Shown in pieces: positions 40,451 through 52,115 of a stretch of DNA of 64,000 nt. The notes under the pieces are model-generated. The model saw only the letters and a program-made list of their open reading frames with translations, made no database searches and was not told the origin of the DNA. The stretch is from Octopus sinensis (lineage: Eukaryota), in NCBI RefSeq assembly GCF_006345805.1, contig NC_042999.1, positions 112,902,001 through 112,966,000 on the forward strand. Reading direction: 5' to 3'. Within the stretch, counting starts at the first letter, position 1; every line of letters starts with the position of its first letter. Made by a program: the position numbers and the translations under genes.

Positions 40451-41194
40451 TTGCATAACACCGGTATCTGCCATGACTGTGATTTTGCATATATATATGG
40501 ATATATATGTGTGTGCGTGTGTGAAGGGTAAAAGATATCCTGGAAATGTGGTCTCTGAAGTGTTGGTTGTAGCTCTGACAACCTATTTAAGAACATCATG
40601 ATTTTGAATAAGAATTGATAAAGGATAGTAAATGCTCAAGTCTTGCTACTGACAGTTGTTGCAGTGCAGGTAGCACAGTAATACACTCTCGGTCTATGCT
40701 GTAGGTGATTGGAATAGCATGAAGCTGTAAATAACTGTGCAAAAGAAAAAGAAACATTATAATGGTTAAGATGTTGATATTATAAGTTACAATGCAAGCA
40801 ATTATTGGATTGGCCAGTAACTCCGAATAAGAACTGGAATAGACTGGGAAATTCAAGTAACTCCTACAGGGTCAGTGACACAATGAAATGTATTCAGTGT
40901 ATGCTGTTGTACCTTGTGTTATACCAATGTTGCTGGAATGAGTTGTTGGTTGGTTTGTGGAAGGCTGTGTATAATAATTGAGCAACACCAAGCAAACATT
41001 TAAACATGATTTATTATTCCTGCACAAGGCATATGGAGTTGGCCGTGTGTTACAAATATACATTTACAGTCAGCAAGATGAAAGAAATATATTGCAACAT
41101 GCATGGTAGCTGGATATCAAACATTTACCACTGGGGCTGGATTAAATGCAAGGAATATAAATTCATGCACTGCTTCATATCTGCCATTATAACT

Positions 41195-41500
41195 CATCAT
41201 CATCGTTTAACGTCCATTTTCCATGCTAGCATGGGTTGGGCGGTTCAACTGGGGTCTGGGAAGCCAGGAGGCTGCACCAGGCTCCAGTCTGATCTGGCAG
41301 TGTTTCTACAGCTGGATGCCCTTCCTAACGCCAACCACTCCATGAGTGTAGTGGGTGCTTTATACATGCCACCGGCACAGGGGCCAGAGGAGGCTGGCAA
41401 TGGCCATGATTGGTTGGTGCTTTTTACATGCCACCAGCATGGAAGACAGTCAAGGCGGTGCTGACATTGGCCACTTTCAAATAGTGCTTTTTACATGGAG
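41195..41500 (-). mobile_element. RTE 3'-end element
   Basis: Closely matches 37705-38030. Confidence 0.85.
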
Positions 41501-41993
41501 CCAGTTGTTCTGGCCTGATGTCTACAACATTCAGCAGACTGGTACTTAAAATCAACTCAATTTATAATATTTGTGGGGAAATGTTCTAGGACCTTCCAAA
41601 ATAATCTTTCATGTGATGTCTGGTTCCTGACTGGACGATAACTTGACTGCACACATGATCAAACTGCTGCTATGTCATGACTTGAAATCTGCAATGTGGC
41701 AACATGAGTTTGAATCTTGCTACACTGTGATGTGATTGGTGATAGGAAGGTCATTCAGCTGCAAAAACCATGCAAAAAAAGAATGTGCCATACAGAGATT
41801 GGTGATTTCCTCTATTGCTTGTGTGTCAAATGATAGAAGATTAAATTCTGTGAGACTCATTAATAAGTTGATTTATAATTCAAGGGCTTCTTCATGTCTT
41901 GAATTTTATAATTTGTGTTTTAAGTACAGGATTTGTAATTGCATGCTACTTTTGGAAAATGATGTAGTCCGTATGTTATTTCATTACCTATAT

Positions 41994-42212
41994 CAGTGGT
42001 TTTCAACCAGGGTTCCGCGGAACCTTGGGGTTCCGCCAGTACAGTCCAGGGGTTCCGCAAGAAGTTACAAAACTGCTAAAATCAGCAGTAATTTTTAATT
42101 CTCCTGTGCAGATATGTGTGCATAAGACTATTAAATTATTGCACAGGGGTTCCTCGAGCCAGTGGAATGTTTCCTTGGGGTTCTGCTCCAGCAAAAAGTT
42201 TGAAAAGCACTG
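41994..42212. mobile_element. hAT-type MITE
   Basis: TIRs cagtggttttcaacc / cagtgcttttcaaac; perfect 8-bp TSD acctatat at 41986-41993 and 42213-42220. Confidence 0.92.
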
Positions 42213-42447
42213 ACCTATATTGTTTGATATTTATAGTTATTGTCTCCTATACAATTATTTTTTAATTATGATATAACAAATATTAAAATATAAGGAGCCA
42301 TTTGAAAGGTTTATTCTAAACCATGAAGCAGGTGTAGAGGAGGATTTGAAATGTTTTCCATTTTATTATATTTGATATTGAAATATTCCACTAATTTCAT
42401 ATATCTGTGCATATTTAACCTTTTTTTTTTATCTATTTAATTGACAG

Positions 42448-42610
42448 TTTCTTCAGTAAACCAACATACCACATAGAATGGACAAGACCAAACGAGTATA
42501 CTGAAATACGTGTCAGTTCAAAGATGTTATTAGATCATTTACCCAACTCATTAGATGATGCTCTTGAAAGACTTAATGTGCCTTATGAAGAGTTTGCTGC
42601 TCAAGTATGA
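42448..42610 (+). CDS. DAGLB: DAG lipase beta-like terminal coding exon with catalytic histidine
   Basis: ttgacag|t acceptor; FFSKPTYHIEWTRPNEYTEIRVSSKMLLDHLPNSLDDALERLNVPYEEFAAQV*. The short tail after DH argues for beta rather than alpha. Confidence 0.9.
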
Positions 42611-43609
42611 TATCAACCTTTAATCTTCTCATCAAGCTCATTACATTAAATATTTCTCATCTCCCACGAACAAATATTCAAATGTTTCAGTCAGTGATCG
42701 TATTCAGACATTCATTATTTTGCTGCCTACTTATGGTTGATGAATTAACTCTAATTTATAATTGCTGCTGTTTTATACCTGATTATTCTTTTGGTTCTTT
42801 ACTTAATTGATTTTGGAGACTTTCTAAATATTTTTCAGTACAACAGAGTGTATTTTTCTGTTATAATTTCATTAAATTATATTGGATATTCTGGTATGGA
42901 TGGCAGTAAACTCTCAGTGTATGACCTGATTTTCAAACTTCTTTTACTTAAAATTTTTATGCTTTTGAAAGAGGCATAAATGTCACTACTCTGTTTCTTT
43001 TTCTTCTAAAATCTGAAGCTTCACGCTTAAGAGGTTGTCATTGGGGGGGGGGATGAGCGACAAAATTGTATATTGTAAATGTTCCAAATTAATGAAGCAT
43101 GACATAAAAGGTACAGCAATATTTGGCAGAATAGTTTTTGTTGTCAAGAGGTTGACCTGATAAAAATTGACAAATTTGCTTTTTATAGTTAGACATGAAT
43201 ATTTTTTCATTTTTATTTTTCTGAATTCCTTTATTATAACTGTATTTTCATTTTCTCTGAACTTCCAATAATAATCCCACTTTTTTTCCTTTGTAATATA
43301 ATCATTGAAACACTGTGATAAAACCGGAATGTCATTCCCTGCCAACAACATATGTTTTGGAGCTATGGGAGTGCATGGGTGGGAATTCTTTGATTCAAAG
43401 AAACTTATATTTGTCTTCTGTCAATATATTTTACCTAGTATAAAAATTAAAGCATTAGGATAGATTGTTATTGGGGTTATCAAAATACTTTAAGACATAG
43501 AGTAAAAGTATCAGGATATTCTGATGTAAACAAATTATATTTTGAACGTGTATTATTTTAAATAAGAATGAAACTGTTAAAAAGTATAAAATGTCATAGT
43601 TTTGGTCTT

Positions 43610-43650
<41 letters not shown>

Positions 43651-44481
43651 TTATACAAGACTAGTAATTAATTTAAGATTTTTATCAGCACAAATGTATT
43701 TGCACATATTAAGAAATATCTTTAAAATGTCTCTTTAATCATTTTCTGCACAGGTCAATAATTATTTATTGAAAGTGTTTAGGTTCACTGATTTTTGTTT
43801 TCTTTTTTTATTCTCCAAATCAAGAGACAGTTTTCAAAATTAGATTGAAACAAAAATGCAAAACTAGTATTGATGGCCATTAAAAAAAAATCAAGTAGTG
43901 AAATATTTTTGCATTATTCAATTAGTGGCAACTGCAACAAACTGTTTGCCATTAGCTGTAGCAATATTTTGTTCACATGTATATTTATATTTAATTTATT
44001 TTTCTATATTTTTAAACACTCTTGTTAAATGCTTTTAATTTAACTTAGCTTTAAATGTATTTAATTCCTAAAATAAATTGTTACTATTGTTTGATTTTAT
44101 TTTTACCTTCTAATTTATTCCAAATTGAAAACACCCACCTACTTCTTATTTTGATAGTTAATGCAAATTACTTATTTGTATACTATATTATTTGGTGTAT
44201 GTGATCACATAGATAGAGAAGAGAATATTGTTCAAATTTTTATTTTATTTGTGTCATGCTAGTTGAGAAGTTTCATTGAAGAAAACAAAATTCATTTATG
44301 AACTTAACAATTTGCTGGAGCCTGATTGATTTCTGAAGAATACATGAACTTAACACAATATTTCAGTTAATAGTATTTAGCTATTAAGTAGCAAGAGGTA
44401 AAAATCAAGACTATTTTGTTATTCTTCTCTGTAGTGCAATCATTACTGATAATATTTATTCTGTTAACTTATTAACTTTGC

Positions 44482-44539
<58 letters not shown>

Positions 44540-44542
<3 letters not shown>

Positions 44543-45540
44543 AAAATAATTGCAAAAGTGTAGAAATAAATACTAAATCTAATTATAAACTCATGAAACC
44601 TGATACTAAATATACCAATAAGAAAGGTAAAAATAAAAAATTTAGTAAAACAGAATTTAACAGCATTGATAAGAATATATTTGAAAATTCTTATAATAAA
44701 CAAAATATAAATAATAAAGGAAGATATACTCCTTGCATAAATTCTGAAAAACATAATATGGATTATGAGTGTCTTAATAAAACAAATACTTTGTGGTTCA
44801 TCATCCCCTTTGCAAGTCAAATTAAAAATAACAGTCAAATCTATTTACTAATCAATACAGGAATATTTAAATAAAGTTAATAAGTATAGTGAAATTATTA
44901 ATTCTAAATCTATAAGAGTTTGTCATTCTTTATCAAAAAATCTTTTTGCATTTATATCCTCAGTTAATAATAGAAAATTGGATACTTTTTATAACAGCCG
45001 TAACTTAAATAAAAATGATGTTAGGGTAAATTACAATAATAGAAGACATATAACCGATATTAACTTTCTTCCTAACCCTAATAATAGAAATAATAAAAAT
45101 GAAAATAATTCTATTAATAATAATGTTAATATGAATTGTGATTGTAGGATTAAAGAAAATTGTAAACTTAATAATAACTGTAAACAGGACAACCTGGTAT
45201 ATAGGTATATAGTTAAATCTGAAAGAAAGGCATACCATTACATAGGCTCAGCTGAAACTAGATTTAAACGAAGAATCGCAAACCATGAAAGTTGTTTTAG
45301 AAATAGGCATAAAATTAACAATACTAGTCTCAGCAAATTTATATGGATGTTAAAGGATAATGGAAATGATTATACAATTAAATGAGAGGTTGTAAGCCAT
45401 GCTATAGCTTACCATATTTCAAATAGGAAATGCTGTTTATGTACCAAAGAGATTTTTCAAATTATAGAATCTAAACATAAATTCTCAAAACGAGAGTATT
45501 TTAGCTTGTTGCTACTAATCAAAATGTGTTTTTAGAAAAT
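44540..45540 (+). mobile_element. Penelope-like element, GIY-YIG endonuclease region
   Basis: LWFIIPF...CDCRIKENCKLNNNC...LVY...YIGSAETRFKRRIANHESCF...TSLSKFIW.LK...CCLCTKE; starts at a (TA)n run. Confidence 0.85.
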
Positions 45541-47319
45541 TTAATTAATTAGTGGATTTATATTAAACTGGAAATTGTAAGTATAGACATGTTACCACTA
45601 CTCGTAATATGTCTTTAGAAAATTAATTAATTTAGTAAATTAATAATTAATTGAACTGAAAATTATAAGTATAAATAGGATATAAAATAAGTATTAAATA
45701 AAGTATATAACATCTAAACACAAATTAACTAACATGGAGAGGATGAATATTTTAATTTGTTGTGATTAACCTAAGCACAATTTTAGAAAATCAAATAAAT
45801 TTATTAAGTAGATAATAAATATAACCAAACATTAACCTATTCTAATTTGTTTTGATTAACCTAAATATAATCTAGAAAAATTAAATAAATTTATTAAATA
45901 ACTAATGAATTAAACCTAACATTAAAAATACAAACATAATATAATAACTATGGCTTAATTTAAACATCACACATGTATGTAATTTAAGGAAATTATTAAT
46001 TGTCAGAAATGAAAAGAAAATTGGTTATTTATCAGGTATAATGTTTATCTTTTTTTCCCCCATATACTGTCATCAATTACATTTTTGTCTAGTGACAGTT
46101 TTACCCTTAAAATACACTTCATGTTAGAATTTATGAAAGTATATACAAAATATGCATCCCTCTTGTCCTTAAATATTTGCCAAAAAATTCTTTATTTGCT
46201 ATTAGTTATTCAAAAAAGAGCATGAATTGACAGTTTTTAGAATGTTGGGCAAAATGCCTTGTGGTATTTACTTTGTCTCTTTACATTCTGAGTTCATATC
46301 TTACCAACATCAGGAATTATTAATTATTTAATATTTATAACTATTTAATATTTGTAATTATTTACTCTTTTGGGAGATCTTGGTAATGTTGAAATTAATA
46401 TTTTTTTTGTTATCCTTGATAATTATTTTGCAAAGTTTATTAAAATTCTGTTCTTTCTAAATATTCTTTTTTTCTGATACAAACTAACCCATGGAAATAT
46501 TGTCGAGTTACGAAAAAAATAAAACAAGAAAGTAACAACAAAAACAATACTTACTTCCTTTCCTTTTGGTTTATGTTGGGTCAGTATAATCTTCTTAATG
46601 AACACGTATTTTTATTAATTCACATAATAAAAACTGTACATCATAAAGGCAACAGCCTACGATCAAAAGCCCACTTACTTAGATTCTGAAAAAAACTAAC
46701 AAATGACATTAAACATTTAAAGGAAATTCAAAGAATAAAGAATTTTGTCTTCATTGTAATGTTATCATTGCTATATAAGCAAGCAGATATCATACTCCCT
46801 TTTGTAAATAGCAGTCTTGAAAGTGTAAAATGTATGCGAATTGTGATTTTTAATATGCAACTGATGAGCCAGAGAGATATTACATTGTGGAAATATTTTT
46901 TAAGTCATTCTATAAAAACTACTGTTGTATTAATTTTTAAATGTGATGTCATTGATTAAAAAAAAAAGGTGCTTTTTAGTATCACTTTTATTTATCTTGG
47001 CTCAGTGTGCTCACAATCATGAAAGAAAAAGCTGATATAAATCTATATGTTAATGGTATATTAAGTTTATTATTGTTACTCAGGCATCTTGAATTGTGAA
47101 TGCAAATTAAAATTATGGCTCATTATACTGCTCTGCATGTAGTTGCCTAGATATCCAAATGTTATTGCATCAAAGTGCTGATGGTATACAACTGACGAAC
47201 CCTTCAGACAAGAATAAAGACAAGAATAAACTTTAAGCAATTTTCTTAGAATTGAAGATTAATGATGAGATGTAGCATGTTTCTAAGATATTTCATACAC
47301 GCACACACACACACACACA

Positions 47320-47359
<40 letters not shown>

Positions 47360-47809
47360 GTTTATGTGCATATGTATATATGTATACATACATACTGAAT
47401 ACACTGTCTTGTAGATCTCAACATACCAAACCATCAAGTATGGAAAACATTGATTATAAATGTCTATCCATGCCAGAGATTTTTTAAACAATTATTGTTA
47501 GATGTAAATGAAAAATAAAGCTATGAAATTATGTTACTGAATACAGTTAAAAAGACTTGCCACTATATAATTAATCAGGGTATAATAATGAATAGTCATT
47601 TGATATATAAGAAATAGCTGTAGTTGTTATTTGTGGGACATTAATATATACAACTCAAGAAATGTTTGAATTACAGAAATGCTAACCACATAAGAATTTT
47701 GATTAACTGATTTATTTAACAGAATAGTGAAATCTTACTCAATAAATAAAAAAAAAAAATTGAATTAAATAAAACAAACTCTCAACATATATCCTGCAAT
47801 AAGAAAATT

Positions 47810-48130
47810 CTGCCAAGGTTGACTTTGCCTTTCATCCTTTCAGAGTCGATAAATTAAGTACCAGTTAGTTGTGTACTGGGGCCGATCTAATCGACTGGCC
47901 CCCCTCTCCAAAAATTTCAGGCCTTGTGCCTAAAGTAGAAAAGAATTGTAAGCAAGCTGGACAAAATGTTTAGCAGTATTTTGTCCATCTTTACATTCTG
48001 AGTTCAAATTCCACCGAAGTTGACTTTGCCTTTCATCCTTTTATGGTTGATTAAATAAGTACCAGTTGAGCATCGAGGTCAATGTAATCGACTTACCCCT
48101 TTCCTTGATATCAGTAGCATTGAGCCAAAA
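47810..48130 (+). mobile_element. Two tandem tRNA-derived SINEs
   Basis: The family core ctttgcctttcatcctt occurs at 47823 and again at 48023. Confidence 0.8.
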
Positions 48131-49677
48131 ATTAGGAAGAATAATATATTGAGGTTGAGTTAACTATACCTCCTACAAAAATAGGCCAAGTAGGAAATCA
48201 GTATTATTAATGAAACATTTATACTCTTGAGCAATTTCAAGTATCCCACCCTACTAAAAAAAACAACAGCCAAAAATAAAAAAAGAAGGAATCAAAGATG
48301 TTTTATTACAATACTTAAATACCATTTAGATATTAGAAAATGTATTTTTTTAGCCTCACTAAATTAAGATATATGACTAAATATTGAAAACATATTTTAT
48401 GAAAAATTTTACTTTCTTGCTTTAAATATTTAATGCTTCATGAAAATCATTCTTCCAATGATATTTGTACAGACAGACATAAAAAGACCCCATATTTATT
48501 GTTATATTGCTGGCCTCATTTCCTTAATACTTTATTGGAAATTTCCTTCATTGTTCATTGTTGTTCATATGTAAACCATGCTTGAATAAATTCTGCACAT
48601 TATTGAAATCTTCTATAATATGTATATACTTAATAAAATTCAATTGTTCAAATAAAGACAAAGGGAAATCTTCCATTGTAAGACCCTTATGATTGCTATG
48701 AAACCTGAAATTGTACACTAATAAGAATATTTGATCATTTCTGTGGTTAAAAAAAAACAAAAACAAAACTTTTTTTTCATGTATTTGTAATAATGTGTAA
48801 TGATTGATGCTTTTAGTGTTGTGCAATATCTGCACAATATCTCTGTGTTTGTATGTGTATATGCATATCTGTATAATCATAGGCATGACATTATAGTTAA
48901 GTTTACTTCCCAACCATGTGGTTTCCCGTTCAGTCCACTGAATTTTGGGCCATATTTCTTCAACTATGCCCTGGACTGATTAAATCCTGGTTACTGAATT
49001 TTGTAGACTGAAACTAAAAGAAGCCTATAGTGTGTGTTTGTGCATGTGAATATATATATGTGCATGTGTGTATGTCTTTTTTGTGTCTCCTTGTCTTGAC
49101 ATTGTATAAGAATTGCAAACGAGTGCCACTGTCATGCTAGCAGTGTTTTTTGCGACTCATGCAGACTTGGAAAGTGGATGTCAAAATGATTGTGTGTATA
49201 TGAAACAAAAGATGACAGGCAATTTTAACAGGAGATCAATGTAAGCTGGAAACTAAGCTGGCTTCTCCAAATTTCTTGGGTTGCAGATCAAACTATTGTT
49301 TCACTAAAAGGAATAGGTCTTCAGTGACCTGGCTTTATGGAAGTTGCATACTGGCAGTGAGTAAAGAATGAAAGAGATTCAAAGTTTTGGAAAAGTGTGT
49401 GTGTTTGTATATATATGTATGTGTAATATCTACTAATCTGTATGTATATATTTTACAATGTAAAGTGAAAAAATTAAATATATATCATTGTTATTACAAG
49501 ATGAAAGACAAAAAAAAAAAAGTTTCAATCAAGCTTTTCTTTTTGTTTGATAAATCATAATTTGGAAAATAATAAATTTCAACTGTATAAAATTATATTC
49601 ATGTTTATATGTTGTTTTTAATGTTTTTATTTTTGTGACACTGTTCTTTTTGCCCTAAAAACTAATAATCAATCTTA

Positions 49678-49897
49678 ACAAGGTGGCGAGCTGGCAGAAA
49701 CATTAGCACGCCAGGCAAAATGTTTAGTGGTATTTCGTCTGTCTTTACGTTCTGAGTTCAAATTCCGCCGAGGTCAACTTTGCCTTCAACCTTTCAGGGT
49801 CGATAAATTAAGCACCAGTTGCGTACTGGGATCGATTTAATCGACTGGCCCTCCTCCCCCCGAACTTCGGGCTTTGAGCCTAGAGTAGAAAAGAAAA
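49678..49897 (+). mobile_element. tRNA-derived SINE, CpG-rich
   Basis: aaggtggcgagctggcagaaac...gagttcaaattccgccgagg...cctagagtagaaaag. Confidence 0.9.
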
Positions 49898-49989
49898 AAG
49901 AATAGTCAATCTTGACAACTGAGAAGCAGATTTAAGAAAAAATATGGTTAAAGGGCGACAACTTTGTTTTTGTTTTCAAAACACGCTGT

Positions 49990-50080
49990 GTATCGTTAGG
50001 CGTCTTCTTACGCGAGTGTATAAAGACTTAGGTAAGCCTGTATTTGTTGCGTAAGAAGCTCTGCAATTGGAAGTGGATGT
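49990..50080 (-). promoter_or_regulatory. Candidate promoter/first exon of a minus-strand transcript
   Basis: Non-repeat CpG-retaining patch at the CpG boundary, CACTTCC (ETS-like), and a cgc|gtaaga donor at 50012/50011. Inference only. Confidence 0.25.
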
Positions 50081-50460
50081 AGGAGATTTAGAGATCGATA
50101 AATATTATGAAATATTGCTAATTCTTAACATAATCTACAGCTAGAGCGATTGAGTTCAGCTGAATGAAATCATTAAAGTATTGCACGTAGGAAACATAAG
50201 ACACTAGTTTCTTTTATCTTACCTTTTACTTATGTTAGTCATTTGATTGCGGCCAGGCTGGAACACCGCGTTGAAGGACTTTTAGCAGAACAAATCGTCC
50301 CCGGTACTTATGTTTTATTTTAAAGTCTGGTACTTATTTTATCGGTCTCTTTTGCGGAATCGCTAAGTTACGGAACCGTACTTTTGCGGAATCGCTAAAT
50401 AAACCAGCACCGGTTGTCAGGCGATGTGGGGAGACTATCACACGCGCGCGCGCACATACA

Positions 50461-50493
<33 letters not shown>

Positions 50494-51234
50494 GTAGCGC
50501 TCTGCCTGATTTACCATAATGTTTATATGCGTCCACTCATTGCATATTCTTGACTTTGTGCGAACTCCATCTGCTAAAATTATCATGTAATTCCGTACCC
50601 CCAGAAACAGCTGTCGGACCTGTAATACCATACCGTCTCTCGGTAGAGCACCATAAAAAGTTCTTTACAGTATTTCTTCTGGCTCTTTACGTTCTGAATT
50701 AAAATCTCACCGAGGTCAACTTTGCTTTTCAATACCTCGGGGTTGATAAAATAAAGTACTTGGGGGCGAGCTACCAGAATCGTTAGAGCGGGCATGAGCA
50801 AGCTTTTTCGACTAACGAGCTGCACGAGACTTGGTTCATCATCAGGTGGTCCGCACTACTAAAAAAATTCAGTGTAATTTTTCGTTAAGCGTGGCTTTCA
50901 GAAAGTCGCATGCTGAAAATGGGGAAGGAAGTAGAAAATGCTTCATCACGGATATGGCAGTCGAATGTGAGAGTAAAGATAAAAGCTGGCAGTAAAAGAG
51001 AGTCTCAGAACGTAGTAAAACAAAATAATTACTCGTCATAATTAGTTTATCGAGGTGGCTGCATGAATGATGAGGGAAAAAGTGTGCTGTAGTATGGGCC
51101 CAAAAACCTGGGCATTCCCTGGTAGCATCAGCGCTGCATGACGCCTCTGGAAGGAATGATACTCTCAGAGAGTGCCGAAATCGTTGTGATCTCTGTATGA
51201 CAGCGGATGAAGGGAGTGTTATAATAATAACGAT

Positions 51235-52080
51235 AATAAATTCTGAGGGAAGTGCGGCAACTGTTGTTGCAAAGAAGGTAAAGTTAATGGCAAGGAACAG
51301 AGCGCATGAATAATTGGCTAATAGGTGGGAGCAGAAACCTATGCATGGAAAATATGTGGCCCTAAAAAAACAAGCTGATGTTAACCAGAAGCACACACAT
51401 CAGTGGCTACGGAGCTCAGGGCTAAAGGCAGAGAGCGAAGACTTTATCTTAGGTGCTAAAGATCAAAGCTTACCGACCCAGCCAATGTGATGAAGAATGG
51501 AGTAGATCCAAAATGTCGATTCTACAATGATGAAATTGAAACAGTTGACCACTTAATCTCTAAATGTAAAGTTTTGGTACCCTTGGTATATAAATCAAGA
51601 CATCATACCTGGTCAATATCTGCACTGGTTAATTCGGCGGCATTATAAAATCAAAACTGTTGACAAATTGTATAACCACCACCCTGAGGTTGTAACTGAG
51701 GGAGAAAATGTAATGATTCTTTGGTACTTTCCAGTACATATAAACCGAACCATCAAAGCTAATAAACCAGATATTGTTGTGAAAGACTATAACAATGAAG
51801 TTTATTGATCGACATGAGTATTTCTTGTGATCATAAAGAATTTGATAATCTCAGAAAATATAAAAAATTCTCATTGAAATCGAAAAAATGTGACATCTCA
51901 AGGCGGTTACCAGTGAGTGTAGGCGCATAACGAATGATAAATAAAAGAACTGAAAATTATTTGAGGATGATTCCTAGCTTACCATCCATGCAAGAAGTGC
52001 ATAAGATTGTTTTAAATGATACGTTACACGCATTGAGAAGAACATTGTCGCTGCGAGAATGATTACCAGCCAGGTGATTT
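51235..52080 (+). mobile_element. R4/Dong-clade non-LTR retrotransposon 3' portion (CCHC + restriction-like endonuclease)
   Basis: WEQKPMHGKY, WLRSSGLKAESEDFI, KCRF..ETVDHLISKC, KANKPDIVVKD, LIDMSI; frameshifted. Confidence 0.9.
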
Positions 52081-52115
52081 TTAAAAAAACTTCATTTGAT
52101 TTTGTAAATCAACAA

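Noticed and set aside
46555-46686. Minus-strand coding exon or 7-nt microexon
   Set aside because: Good splice signals, but the 132-nt form has stops in all frames and nothing supports the microexon. Kept only as part of the CpG-boundary hypothesis.
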